Below are positions 9,867-20,113 of a stretch of 64,000 nucleotides of DNA, piece after piece; positions within the stretch are counted from its first letter, which is position 1, and every line of letters begins with the position of its first letter. The notes beneath the pieces are model-generated. The model saw only the letters and a program-made list of their open reading frames with translations, did no database searches and had not been told where the DNA came from. A program made the position numbers and the translations under genes. The DNA is from an uncultured Clostridium sp. (lineage in GTDB: Bacteria > Bacillota > Clostridia > TANB77 > CAG-508), in the NCBI GenBank assembly GCA_948469315.1, contig CAOKLQ010000002.1, positions 1,694 to 65,693 on the forward strand, given 5' to 3'.

Positions 9867-10787
9867 TTATATGTTTTCTAATATTTTAGGTAATACTTGT
9901 TTTTTTCTAGAAACTATTCCTTCTAATAGAGCAGTATTATTATTTAATTTAACATCAAATGCTTTTTCAACAACATCTGTTTTATCACCTAAAGCTATAA
10001 TTTTCGAATTCGCATTTAATATATCTGTAACTACAAATACATATAAACCTAAGTTATTTTCTTTTATATCTTTTTGAATTGCATCTTCTAAATCATTTTG
10101 TCTTGTAAATACATCATCAACATCAGCACTGTTTATTTGAGAAATTTTAAAATTAATTCCATTTCCTTCAAAAGGTTTACAATCTACATTAATTACTTCG
10201 TCTGCTGAATACTCACTTATATCAGTACCTGCTTTTAGTAGATTTTGACCATATTCATATAAATCAACACTTGCAATATCTGCTAATTTTTTAGCTATAG
10301 TTTTATCTTCTTCAGTACATGTTGGTGATTTAAATAATAATGTGTCAGATATAATAGCACTAAGCATAATACCTGCCATTTTAGGCGTTATTTCAACATC
10401 ATTTTGTTTATATAATTTATAAATAATAGTTGAAGTACATCCAACTGGTTCTGCAACATAATATAATGGGTCATTAGTTTGAAGATTAATTCTATGATGA
10501 TCTACAACCATTTTAATATTTGCATTTTCAATACCTTTAACACTTTGACCAAATTCATTAGAGTCAACCATTATAACATTTGATTTTTCTTCAACTTCCT
10601 CTAATAAAGAAGGTGTTTCAATTCCAAAAGATTTTAAAGCAAAAGCAGTTTCTTTATTTACATTACCTAATCTAAAGCATTCAGCGTTTTCTCCTAATTG
10701 ATTACGTAAGTTAGCCATTGAAATAGCTGATGCAATTGAATCTGTATCTGGTTTTTGATGACCAAATACAAAAGTTTTATCTATCAT
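9867..10787 (-). CDS. ppaC: Manganese-dependent inorganic pyrophosphatase
   Basis: FGH..PDTDSI, DHH motif, SDTLLFKSPT, SRKKQ. Confidence 0.95.
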   Translation of the reverse strand: MIDKTFVFGHQKPDTDSIASAISMANLRNQLGENAECFRLGNVNKETAFALKSFGIETPSLLEEVEEKSNVIMVDSNEFGQSVKGIENANIKMVVDHHRINLQTNDPLYYVAEPVGCTSTIIYKLYKQNDVEITPKMAGIMLSAIISDTLLFKSPTCTEEDKTIAKKLADIASVDLYEYGQNLLKAGTDISEYSADEVINVDCKPFEGNGINFKISQINSADVDDVFTRQNDLEDAIQKDIKENNLGLYVFVVTDILNANSKIIALGDKTDVVEKAFDVKLNNNTALLEGIVSRKKQVLPKILENI

Positions 10788-10896
10788 AAAAAATACCTCC
10801 TTAAAATCACTCTTATACATATAATTATACACTAATTTAGCAAAAAAGTCAATTTTTGGAAAACTATAAATGCAAGCAAAAATATAATAACATTTA

Positions 10897-10920
10897 GTAG
10901 AGACGTGGCGTGCTACGTCC
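10897..10920. repeat. GTAG-type REP-like palindrome
   Basis: GTAG followed by GACGTGGC-GT-GCTACGTC hairpin. Confidence 0.4.
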
Positions 10921-10932
10921 TAAAAGATAATG

Positions 10933-12652
10933 TCACATATTCAAATAATTTAAAGGTTCTACATATAATGTCTTATTATGTGTATAAATAACCATTCCCG
11001 GTTTACTTTTATTTGGTTTCTTTACATATTTTACATAGCAATAATCAACAGGTACATTAGAAGAAAGTTTTGCTTTACTGTGAAATGCTGCAATTTGAGC
11101 ACATTTTTTAATTATATTATCATTTGGAGTTTTATTATCTAATTTTAAAATAATATGGCTTCCATGAATGTCTTTTGTGTGAAACCATAGATCATTTTTG
11201 CTTGCAATTTTAGTAGTTAAGTGATCATTTCCAATATTGTTTTTTCCTATAAGAACAGTAAATCCGTCAATATCTACTTCTATTGGATCTAAAGAAGATG
11301 TTTTAGAATTTGCTTTTTGTTTTGTCCTTTTATGTTTAAATGAATTTTTAAAAATATCATTTTCAGAAATTTCTAGGTAAATTGTATTAATATCGCTTAT
11401 ATCTTTTGAATTTTCCAATTCATAAATAATACTTTCAATGTAATTAAGTTCTCCTTCAGTATCTATTTTTTGTTTAGTACATATTGCTAAAGCATTTTTT
11501 AGTTTATTGTATTTTTTAAAATATCTTTTTGCATTAGTTGAAATAGAATACTTCTTATCTAAAGGAATATCAATTAAGTTGTTATTATCGTAATAATTTT
11601 CTAAACTAATTGCATCCAAATTTATATCTTTTATTTTATATAAATTTGATGTTATAAGTTCTCCATAAAGTTGATATTTTTCTTTATTTTTACATTCTAA
11701 AAGCTTTTTATCTATACTTTTTAGACGAAATTTATATTTATTTAAATATGAAGCAATAAGTTTTAAAATAGAGTTTCTATATGATATGAAAAGTTCATTT
11801 TTGACTTTATTAAAATAAAAGTCATCTATAAAGAAATTTACATCTAAATTTGATTGCTTTTCAAAGGTATCACAAATGGTAAAGTCTTTTTTATTTTTTT
11901 CATTAATAAATTGCATGCAAGTTAGTACATTTATATTATTTAGAAGACTTTTTATATCGTAAAATAATATTTTTAAAGATTTATTAGAAAAGTCTTGATT
12001 AGATAAATTTAGAGTTTTTAATCTTTGCTGAATAAAAGCCATACTAATTCCAGTAAAACTATTAGAAATAGCAATATCAATTTTAGAAAATTTATTTACA
12101 ATTACATTAGAAAAAACTTCAAAATTATCAATTTTAAGTAAACTTTGTTTAGTAGATATAGGAAAAATATATTTTCTTGCTGGCATAATGTCTCTGTTAG
12201 AGTTAGAAGTAATATCTAAATGTCTTAAACTATCTATAATAAATCCGATTATCATTTAAAAGTATTATATTACTATGTTTTCCCATAAGTTCAATAATTA
12301 ATTGTTTTTTAGTTAAATCATTAAATTCATTATAACCCTCTAAGTCTAAAATAATAATTCTTTCTAAATCTATACTTGAAATATTTTTTATTTTATAACC
12401 TATAATATGCTTACGAAGTAGCATATTATAGGTTAGTGCATTTTGTGGATTAGGCTTTGAGTGCGTTGTAAGATTTATTCTACAATTAGAAGAATCTATA
12501 CAAATATTTAAAGCATAATTTTTACCCCCTGAATAAACACCTAAAATAATTTCATTTTTATTAGGTTCAAAAACTTTATTTATTTTTCCATCTAAAATAG
12601 ATGAATTTAATTCATTAACAATACATTTTGTAACAATACCATCAAAAGCCAT
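10933..12652 (-). CDS. rqcH: Ribosome quality control factor RqcH (Rqc2/FbpA, NFACT), with +1 shift at CGGA 12247-12244
   Basis: MAFDG, ERII, IIELMGKHSNIIL in frame 0; GFIIDSLRH...IGKNN..ND...WFH.KDIHGSH...AAFHS...KPGMVIY in +1 frame; joined length 572 aa fits the family. Confidence 0.92.
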
Positions 12653-12799
12653 AATTAACCTCCTAAAACATAAAAATAATAACACAAAAACAGATAAGTA
12701 TCAACTAATATTTTGACAATAAAATGAAATTATATAAATGGTATATAAATACTAAAATTAAAATTTGACAACTTATGCATAATATGATAAAATCAAAAA

Positions 12800-12875
12800 C
12801 TGTAATCCGCTTAATCATGGTACAAAATGCTATGAAACAACTAGCTACCTTTGGTTTAGGATTAGCGAGTATACG
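12800..12875 (+). ncRNA. Putative L21 ribosomal leader
   Basis: GC-richer structured 5' UTR directly upstream of rplU (CGCTTAATC...GATTAGCG pairing); positional inference. Confidence 0.5.
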
Positions 12876-12896
12876 AAAAAGGGAGGTGCATTTTAA

Positions 12897-13268
12897 ATGT
12901 ACGCAATTATTGAAAGCTGTGGAAAGCAATACAAAGTAGCAGAAGGTGATGTGGTTTTTTTTGAAAAATTAGATACTGAGGAAGGAAAAAAAATTACTTT
13001 TGATAAAGTAATATTAGTATCTGAAGAAGGAAAAGTACAAATAGGAAATCCTTATGTTAAAGGCGTAAAAGTTGAAGGAAAAGTTGTAGCACATGGTAAA
13101 GGTAAAAAGATAATTGTTTTCAAATATAAAGCTAAAAAGAATTATAGAAGAAAACAAGGACATAGACAACCTTATACAAAAGTTGAAATTACAGCTGTAA
13201 AAACTTCAAGTAGCAAAAAAACTACTGCAAAAGCTGAAGAAAAAGTAGCTAAAAAAGCAGAAGCTTAA
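12897..13268 (+). CDS. rplU: 50S ribosomal protein L21
   Basis: MYAII...[21 protein letters not shown]. Confidence 0.98.
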   Translation: MYAIIESCGKQYKVAEGDVVFFEKLDTEEGKKITFDKVILVSEEGKVQIGNPYVKGVKVEGKVVAHGKGKKIIVFKYKAKKNYRRKQGHRQPYTKVEITAVKTSSSKKTTAKAEEKVAKKAEA

Positions 13269-13326
13269 AATTAATTTGATTATTAATAAAAAGAGATAAA
13301 TAAAAAAAGCGAAAGGAGTGAGAAGA

Positions 13327-13608
13327 GTGGCACATAAAAAAGGTCAAGGTAGTGTTAAAAACGGAAGAGACAGTGAGTCAAAACGTTTAGGTGTCAAAAG
13401 AGCTGATGGACAATTTGTTCTTGCAGGAAATATACTTGTAAGACAAAGGGGAACACATGTACATCCAGGAAATAATGTAGGAATAGGAAGCGATGATACT
13501 TTATATGCATTAGAAAATGGAATAGTAAAATTTGAAAGAAAAGGTAAAGACAAAAAACAAGTTAGTGTTTACCCAGAAATAGAAGAAAATAAAAAGGCTC
13601 AAGCTTAA
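13327..13608 (+). CDS. rpmA: 50S ribosomal protein L27
   Basis: [31 protein letters not shown]; GTG start 8 nt after AGGAG. Confidence 0.97.
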   Translation: MAHKKGQGSVKNGRDSESKRLGVKRADGQFVLAGNILVRQRGTHVHPGNNVGIGSDDTLYALENGIVKFERKGKDKKQVSVYPEIEENKKAQA

Positions 13609-13613
13609 AGTTA

Positions 13614-13708
13614 GGAGCTATAATATTATAATTTTTATGTAAAAGAGATATATTATATAAGAGCTATATATTTAGGGATATAATTAGGTTCAAATCCTAA
13701 TAGCTCTA
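13614..13708 (+). other. Degenerate tRNA-like element
   Basis: GGAGCTA/TAGCTCT acceptor-like pairing and T-arm TTAGG-TTCAAAT-CCTAA; no canonical anticodon arm or CCA. Confidence 0.3.
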
Positions 13709-13950
13709 TTTTAAGAATATGTATGAAAGTAGTTGAGGTGTGATTACAACACTTTATGTTGTTAATGTTAAACATTAGCCTAACTGTTCATACTAGCTGT
13801 TCTTAAAGAAAAGGATTAGTTTAATTGGATAAGAGATTATGGTGTGACTATAACACTATGTAATTGTTCTCCAAGAAAAGCTAATCCTTTTTATTTAGGA
13901 CAAGTACATGAATATGCAATTTGCTAATGTATCAAATAAATAAAATAAAA

Positions 13951-14080
13951 AATAGCAAGAGTTTCAAAGATAGGACCATATTGCAGGGTTCTATTTTTGA
14001 TCCTATGCCCAATTGCACAAAAGTTTCATAATACAGTGTTTTTATGATTAGAAGTATTCCGAAAAATTCAAGAAAACAAG
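13951..14080 (+). repeat. Dispersed repeat copy 1 (site TTGCACAAAA-GTTTCA at 14013)
   Basis: AATAGCAAGAGTTTCA.AGATAGGACCATATTGCA.GGTTCTATTTTT...TTGCACAAAA shared with 16142 and 23494; tail shared with 15908-15955. Confidence 0.8.
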
Positions 14081-14717
14081 AAATGCAAACATCTAATCAA
14101 CTACCATAACAGCAAGAAGATATAAAAGAATAAATTTGATAAAACTAGTAGAGTAGGGAGAAGTAGTAGATTTTCAGACTATCAATATTTATTTTATAAA
14201 AATTAAAATAGAAAAGTAACAATATAAAAATAGAAATCGAGATTAAAAGAAAATTTAAAATATAAAAATTATTAAAAATAGATAAATAATTATTCACGAA
14301 AGATATTAAATTTTAAGACATCTGAGGAATATTATCAAGAAGAAAAAGTATCATAAAAACTAACGTTAAAAAAAATTTTAAAATTTTTAATAAAAAAACC
14401 TGCAATTAATATTGCAATTTTCACCTTGCAAAAGGTAGAAATAAAACATTTACATAATTTTTATAATATAGTATAATGTATTAATCAAATAGCTACATTT
14501 AAATCATTAGCAAAAGGAGGACTATCATTATGAACAATATAAAGCTTAAAAGAGTAAAGAATGGGACCTGTGAAGTTTGTCGGAAAACATTTATAGGAAA
14601 AAAAATGTGGACAGCCACAGTTTTTGCACCTATTGTCTTTGGAGATAGTTTGCAAAGATTTTATTGCATCAAATGGTTTGTTGTTAGAACAATCAACTGA
14701 AATAGGCTTTATTAAAG

Positions 14718-14870
14718 GAATATCACAAATTAAATGACTATATAGGTCAAAGATATAAAAAAGGAATGAATAATTTTGTATTGATTGATGAAGTACAAAT
14801 GTGTGAAGGATTTGAAAAAACAATAAATAGTCTACATGCAGAAGAAAATGAAGTAAATAAATTTCTTTAA
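14718..14870 (+). pseudogene. Internal fragment of AAA_14-type ATP-binding protein
   Basis: EYHKLNDYI...FVLIDEVQMCEGFEKTINSLH (Walker B); no start codon. Confidence 0.6.
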
Positions 14871-15004
14871 AACTTGGCAAATTAATAACACTATCATTTA
14901 TTTTAAGCTATAAATGTGATATAATACAGTAAGTTTAAGCAAAAAGCTTACTGTATTTTAATGTAACTATAAACATTGTTTGTTAAAAGTTAGGAGGAGT
15001 CGAT

Positions 15005-15193
15005 ATGAATTTACCTACTATAATTTTGTTCACAGTTACTACAGTTATTGTTATTTCAGCAATAGCATTTATGAAAGCATTTATTCATGCTACGGCCGAA
15101 GAATTGCTTCCTGCTGTCGAAGAAGCTGCTGGAGAAGGCGAGTATCCTCAATTTTATGCTTTAAAGATGGAAAAAACAAGAGACATATTTTAA
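15005..15193 (+). CDS. Small hypothetical membrane protein
   Basis: AGGAGGAG RBS, one TM helix, downstream hairpin terminator (about 15204-15241). Confidence 0.55.
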   Translation: MNLPTIILFTVTTVIVISAIAFMKAFIHATAEELLPAVEEAAGEGEYPQFYALKMEKTRDIF

Positions 15194-15775
15194 AAGCAAT
15201 ACAAAAAATGATCTTTCTATGATATTGGAAGATCATTTTTTGTATTTAATTAAGCATAGTATAATTATAGATTCCTAGCTGAATGCAGGATCTTTTTATA
15301 ATTAAGAAAGTGAGCAGAGTAGGAGAGAGGGCAGTTTTGAAAATTTGAGATTTTAAAATAAATAAAAAATAAAATTTTAAAACTAAAACTTGAGATCCTA
15401 CAAAATTTTTTCTATATAAAAATTTACAAAACAAAATCATAAAAATATAATTTAAAATTAAAATTTATAAAAAATTTGTAAATGTTAAATTTATAATTTT
15501 ATAATACGAACATGAAATTTCAAAACCCGAACATTTGTCTAAAATAAATTTTTACATATCATCATAATGATAATTTTATAAATTTGTAAATCAGATTATT
15601 TATATTATTTTATAATTTAAAAGCTTAAGAATCGTTTTTAAGGAGTTTTTATATAAAACTTAACAGTTACTTTATAATATGATTTATAATAAAATTTATA
15701 TAAAGTTACTCAAATACTGATATTTTAAGGATTTGGCAAAATTGCTAAAAATACCTCAAAAAAACAACGCTCTAA

Positions 15776-15960
15776 AATCGATTTTAAGGCATTTTTAAGA
15801 AATAGACATATAGTTTGTTGTCTGTAAAATGCTGCAAATACTGAGATTTAGTCATTTTAAGGATTTCTACAAAATTTATTCCTACTCCTATTTGCACAAA
15901 ACTTTGATAATATAGTGTTTTTATATTTAGAAGTATTCCGAAAAAATCAAGAAAAATTGA
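15776..15960 (+). repeat. Dispersed repeat copy 2 (site TTGCACAAAA-CTTTGA at 15892)
   Basis: AATCGATTTTAAGGC, TATAGTTTGTTG and TTGCACAAAACTTTGATAAT modules. Confidence 0.8.
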
Positions 15961-16089
15961 CTTTTTGGAATATAAAAAAATTTTATGATATTAAAGTAAT
16001 TAGAAAAATTACATAAATAATCAAATATAGTATATTTATTATATTCTATAACTTGACAGCCATTACAAAATAAGAGTTTTTTATAAAAA

Positions 16090-16230
16090 ATACATATAGT
16101 TTGTTGTTACAAATATTAGTTAAATGTGGCTAGTATTAAGTAATAGCAAGAGTTTCAGAGATAGGACCATATTGCATGGTTCTATTTTTACCCCTATACT
16201 TTATTGCGCAAAACTTTGATAATACAAACC
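16090..16230 (+). repeat. Dispersed repeat copy 3 (site TTGCGCAAAA-CTTTGA at 16204)
   Basis: CATATAGTTTGTTG...AATAGCAAGAGTTTCAGAGATAGGACCATATTGC...TTGCGCAAAACTTTGATAATACAAACC. Confidence 0.8.
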
Positions 16231-16307
16231 AAAATTAAGCAGAAAATTCATAAATAAATTTACATTTTAACATATATAATGTTATAATAATTTTGAGGTG
16301 ATAAATT

Positions 16308-17156
16308 ATGACTTTAGAATATGAAAATCTAAAAGACTACATCAAAAAATTAGGATTTGATATAGATATCGAAGCATATACGCAATTAAAAGAGGCTATT
16401 GAATACTATAATAAAAATAAAGATATTAATGGTTTAGAACATTATATGAAACAAATTCAAAATTGCGGAGGATACGCCTTACAAATTCCAATATGCATAT
16501 TTTCTGGAAATAATTATACCTTTGAAGAACAAGTATTAAGAATTATAGAGCTATATCCTTTTGTTAGATTATTATCAGATACAGAGCTTAAAGAAGAGGA
16601 ATATGTAGTTATATTTAGGTCAGGAAAAACAGGGCACCATTTTATACGTATTGATGAAAATGGAAATGCTACCGATAAACATGAATGCAATTTACCTGGA
16701 AGCTTTCAAGGATGGGGAACTTTAAAACATGATTCAGAAGCTGTTTTTGCTGTAATAAAACAAGAATATAGATCTGAAGCAATAAAAAGTTTGCCTCAAT
16801 GTAATAAAGATATGTTTTTAGATGAAGATGCATATTATACAATAGAAGAAGATGGTTATAGAGATATTGAAAAAAAGAAAGCTACTAAACCAATAACTTT
16901 TAGTGATGTATTACAAGATGCTTATAATAATAAAAATTCTTCTTTTCTTTATCAAGGCAAAACTTTTTATTTAAAAATAAATAAAGATGATTCAGAGATT
17001 ATATATATATGTAATGATACGGAAATACTTGGTGAATTTTGTACAGATGGAGATGAATGTATAATAGAATTAAACGATAAAAATAAAATTTTTAGTTATG
17101 AACCAAGTAAACCGTTAAAAATAAAATATAACAAACAAGATATGAGTAGGGAATAG
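16308..17156 (+). CDS. Hypothetical protein, possible papain-like fold (NCGGYAL...HFIR)
   Basis: 282-aa ORF with GAGGTG RBS; Cys/His motifs are only suggestive. Confidence 0.6.
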   Translation: MTLEYENLKDYIKKLGFDIDIEAYTQLKEAIEYYNKNKDINGLEHYMKQIQNCGGYALQIPICIFSGNNYTFEEQVLRIIELYPFVRLLSDTELKEEEYVVIFRSGKTGHHFIRIDENGNATDKHECNLPGSFQGWGTLKHDSEAVFAVIKQEYRSEAIKSLPQCNKDMFLDEDAYYTIEEDGYRDIEKKKATKPITFSDVLQDAYNNKNSSFLYQGKTFYLKINKDDSEIIYICNDTEILGEFCTDGDECIIELNDKNKIFSYEPSKPLKIKYNKQDMSRE

Positions 17157-17262
17157 GGAAAATAAAAGATATTCATATAGCCCAAAATATAATATAGCTT
17201 ATTTTAAAGTCGCAGTTTCAATCTTATTATAAAAAATTAAGTAAGATTGAAACTTAAAAATT

Positions 17263-17700
17263 TTGCGTAAAGTTAATTTTATATATAAAATGTTAAGCCT
17301 TCCAGAAGACTGGGACTATTCAATCGCAGGACTTACAAAGATATGTAGAGAAGGCGAAAGGTCAATTAGAAGTGCATTAAATGAACTTAAAGAAAATAAC
17401 TATTTAAAAATCACAAAAATGTACCCAAACCAGACAGAAACTAAGACAATTCAATACATATACGATATTTACGAAAAACCAATCGATATTAACAAAGAGG
17501 TTAATATTAACAATTATCAAGAGGTACGAAATGTACCCCTTGATAATGTACCTCTACAAAACGTAGGACAATTAAATACTAATAATAAAAAAACTAAAAA
17601 TAAAGAAAAATTATATAAAAAGAAAAGCACAACAAAGGCTTACAAAAACTACGAACAAAGAGAGTATAACGACCTTAATAATCTATATACCAATGTTTAA
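17263..17700 (+). pseudogene. 5'-truncated phage/plasmid HTH replication-initiator-like protein
   Basis: MLSLPEDWDYSI.GL..I..EG..SIRSALNELKE..YL; NYEQREY.DL..LY tail; no clear RBS or N-terminus. Confidence 0.6.
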
Positions 17701-18095
17701 AATTAATATTTTACCAGAGGGTGGTTTTCCACCTCTGGATAATATACCTCTGGATAAGGGGAAATAAGTTCCCCTTCGAATAACCCTTTTTATTATAATC
17801 TTATCTGATAATCGCTAAAAACGACTATTTCTAGTGCATTGTGGGGACATGCTTTCCCCACGCCCCTAAGCAAGCCCAAGCTAATTAAAAATTTTTTCCA
17901 CTTCGTTACAAAAATGTTCACTTAGCTTGAGCGGGAGCTTATTAGTTTTATAATAAAATAAACAATAATTTAACAAATAGATAAAAATATTAATAGACGT
18001 ATACAGCAATAAACAAGCTAATTGTAGCGATTTTCAGATAAGTTATAAAATTAAAATAATTATATCTCCAAGTTAAAATAGGGAAGAGAAGAGTT

Positions 18096-18374
18096 ATGAA
18101 TATAACAGAGAAAACTAAAATTTTTATTAACCAATACGGTATTTTTTACGAAGGTCAAATACTAGATAATTACGACAGAAATGGTGAATATATTGAACAA
18201 ATACAGTTAAAAAAGTTTTTTATTCATTACAAAAAAATTAACAAATCAATTAAGATTCCAAAGCTATATTTTAGTATGTCAAAAATTAATAAAACTTTAA
18301 ATTTTACTTTATCAGCAGAACTTCTAGGAATATATTACAAAGTACCGCAAACACGCAGAAACAAGCCAAAATAA
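18096..18374 (+). CDS. Hypothetical protein (possibly 3'-truncated by repeat)
   Basis: 92-aa ORF ending at repeat copy 4. Confidence 0.4.
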   Translation: MNITEKTKIFINQYGIFYEGQILDNYDRNGEYIEQIQLKKFFIHYKKINKSIKIPKLYFSMSKINKTLNFTLSAELLGIYYKVPQTRRNKPK

Positions 18375-18385
18375 CGACGCATGAG

Positions 18386-18516
18386 AATCGATTTTAAGAC
18401 ATTTTTAAATTTTAAGCAACAAGTTATATGCCTCAAATAGTATTGAAATATACTGTTTGGGGCATTTTGACGTTTTGTCCTACTTCTATTTGCGCAAAAC
18501 TTTGATAATACAAACC
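18386..18516 (+). repeat. Dispersed repeat copy 4 (site TTGCGCAAAA-CTTTGA at 18490)
   Basis: AATCGATTTTAAG...CCTACTTCTATTTGCGCAAAACTTTGATAATACAAACC. Confidence 0.8.
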
Positions 18517-18678
18517 ACTATATAGGTTATAATATACTTATATATTAAAAATGAGAAACAAGAATCGATAGATAAAATATAGTTATTGAAATAATATCTA
18601 ACAGATAGAAGTTAATTAAAAAATAAGTTAGCTTCTTTTTTATTGCCTCTAAAAATAAAATTAAGGAGGTAAAATTAA

Positions 18679-19302
18679 ATGAAAAAAACAATTTATGATT
18701 TTGAACAAAAGTATGAAATACAAGATCGTTTATTAGATGATGGAGTGTTAGAAGGATTAGATGAAAGAACATTGCACGAAACAATAAAAGCAATGTTAAT
18801 TAATACAATGAAAGATTGTATCAAATATGAAAACTGGATGGATCCAGATATGGTAGAAATAGCTAGATTCATTGCAAAAGAAAATAAAACAGAAGAAGAA
18901 ATGAGAAAGATAAAAAATGCACAAGATAGATTAAGAAACTCATTGCATTTTGCAAAACTTTCAGAACATAGTCTATATACTGTTTTATATCAAATGTTGA
19001 CAACAGATACTATAAAACATGCATTCAAACAAGATATACCAGCATTGTATGAAAATTTGTATTATCTAATAGATATTGAAGATGAAATTGCAGAGAGCTT
19101 AACATTTTCTTTTGCAGAGCTTTATGAAGCACCATGTTATAAAGAAATATGTGCTAATATAAATGCTACTATCGAAGATTTTGTAGAAAATGTAGAAGAA
19201 TATGTAGATGATGTAAAGGAACATGATTTATATGATGAATTTGTAAGTTATAGAGAGCAATCAAGAAAAAGAAAAAAAGCAAAGGAGAATGCCAATGAGT
19301 AA
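18679..19302 (+). CDS. Hypothetical protein upstream of parA
   Basis: AAGGAGG RBS, 207 aa, overlaps the parA start. Confidence 0.75.
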   Translation: MKKTIYDFEQKYEIQDRLLDDGVLEGLDERTLHETIKAMLINTMKDCIKYENWMDPDMVEIARFIAKENKTEEEMRKIKNAQDRLRNSLHFAKLSEHSLYTVLYQMLTTDTIKHAFKQDIPALYENLYYLIDIEDEIAESLTFSFAELYEAPCYKEICANINATIEDFVENVEEYVDDVKEHDLYDEFVSYREQSRKRKKAKENANE

Positions 19303-20113
19303 AGTTATAGCAATAGCAAATCAAAAGGGTGGAGTTGGAAAAACAACTACCACTTTTTCTTTAGGTGTAGCTCTTGCTAAACAAGGTAAAAAAGTATTAC
19401 TTATAGATGCAGATCCTCAAGGAGATTTAACTACTTGTATGGGATATTATGATCAAGATGAATTACAAAATACCATTGGAACATTAATGTCTGATAGTAT
19501 ATATGATAATGAAGTAGATGCAAAAAGTAGCATAATTCATCATAAAGAAGGAGTTGATTTAATTCCATCTAATCTAGATTTATCAGCAGTAGAAGTTTCT
19601 TTAGTAAGTGCAATGAGTAGAGAATATATGCTAAAAAATTCTATAAAGGATATAAGAGATAATTATGATTATATTTTAATTGATTGTATGCCTAGTTTAG
19701 GAATGATAACAATAAATGCTCTAGCTTGTAGTGATAAAGTAATAATTCCTGTACAAGGAGAATATTTAGCTGCAAAAGGTATGGGACATTTATTAAAAAC
19801 AGTTACTAGAGTTCGCAAACAAATAAATACGAACTTAAAAATAGGAGGAGTATTACTTACACTTGTAGATAAAAGAACTAACTTATCAAAAGATGTAAGA
19901 AATACATTAAATGAGAATTATGGACAATATGTAAAGATTTATAATACTGAAATTCCAAAAGCTATAAATACAGCAAAATCAACTTCGACAGGTAAAAGTA
20001 TATTTGAATTTGACAAAAATAGTCCTGTTGCTTTAAGCTATAAAAATTTAGCAAAGGAGGTTTTAGACGATGAAAAAACAAGAACAAGAAATGAAACTTC
20101 CAAAGTTAGATGA
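19295..20113 (+). CDS. parA: ParA/Soj family ATPase (element-borne)
   Basis: NQKGGVGKTTT, DADPQG, LIDCMPSLG. Confidence 0.93.
   Translation: MSKVIAIANQKGGVGKTTTTFSLGVALAKQGKKVLLIDADPQGDLTTCMGYYDQDELQNTIGTLMSDSIYDNEVDAKSSIIHHKEGVDLIPSNLDLSAVEVSLVSAMSREYMLKNSIKDIRDNYDYILIDCMPSLGMITINALACSDKVIIPVQGEYLAAKGMGHLLKTVTRVRKQINTNLKIGGVLLTLVDKRTNLSKDVRNTLNENYGQYVKIYNTEIPKAINTAKSTSTGKSIFEFDKNSPVALSYKNLAKEVLDDEKTRTRNETSKVR

Noticed and set aside
12705-12929. 74-aa minus-strand ORF
   Set aside because: Overlaps the rplU promoter, leader and start; no RBS or motif
14447-14475. Bacillus-type dif (TTATGTAAA arm on the minus strand)
   Set aside because: Only one arm matches, in very AT-rich DNA
14560-14680. 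CGGA at 14581 in a CEVC-containing frame as a ninth site
   Set aside because: The region is a decayed fragment with no reliable start, and the +1 frame stops after 4 codons; uninformative
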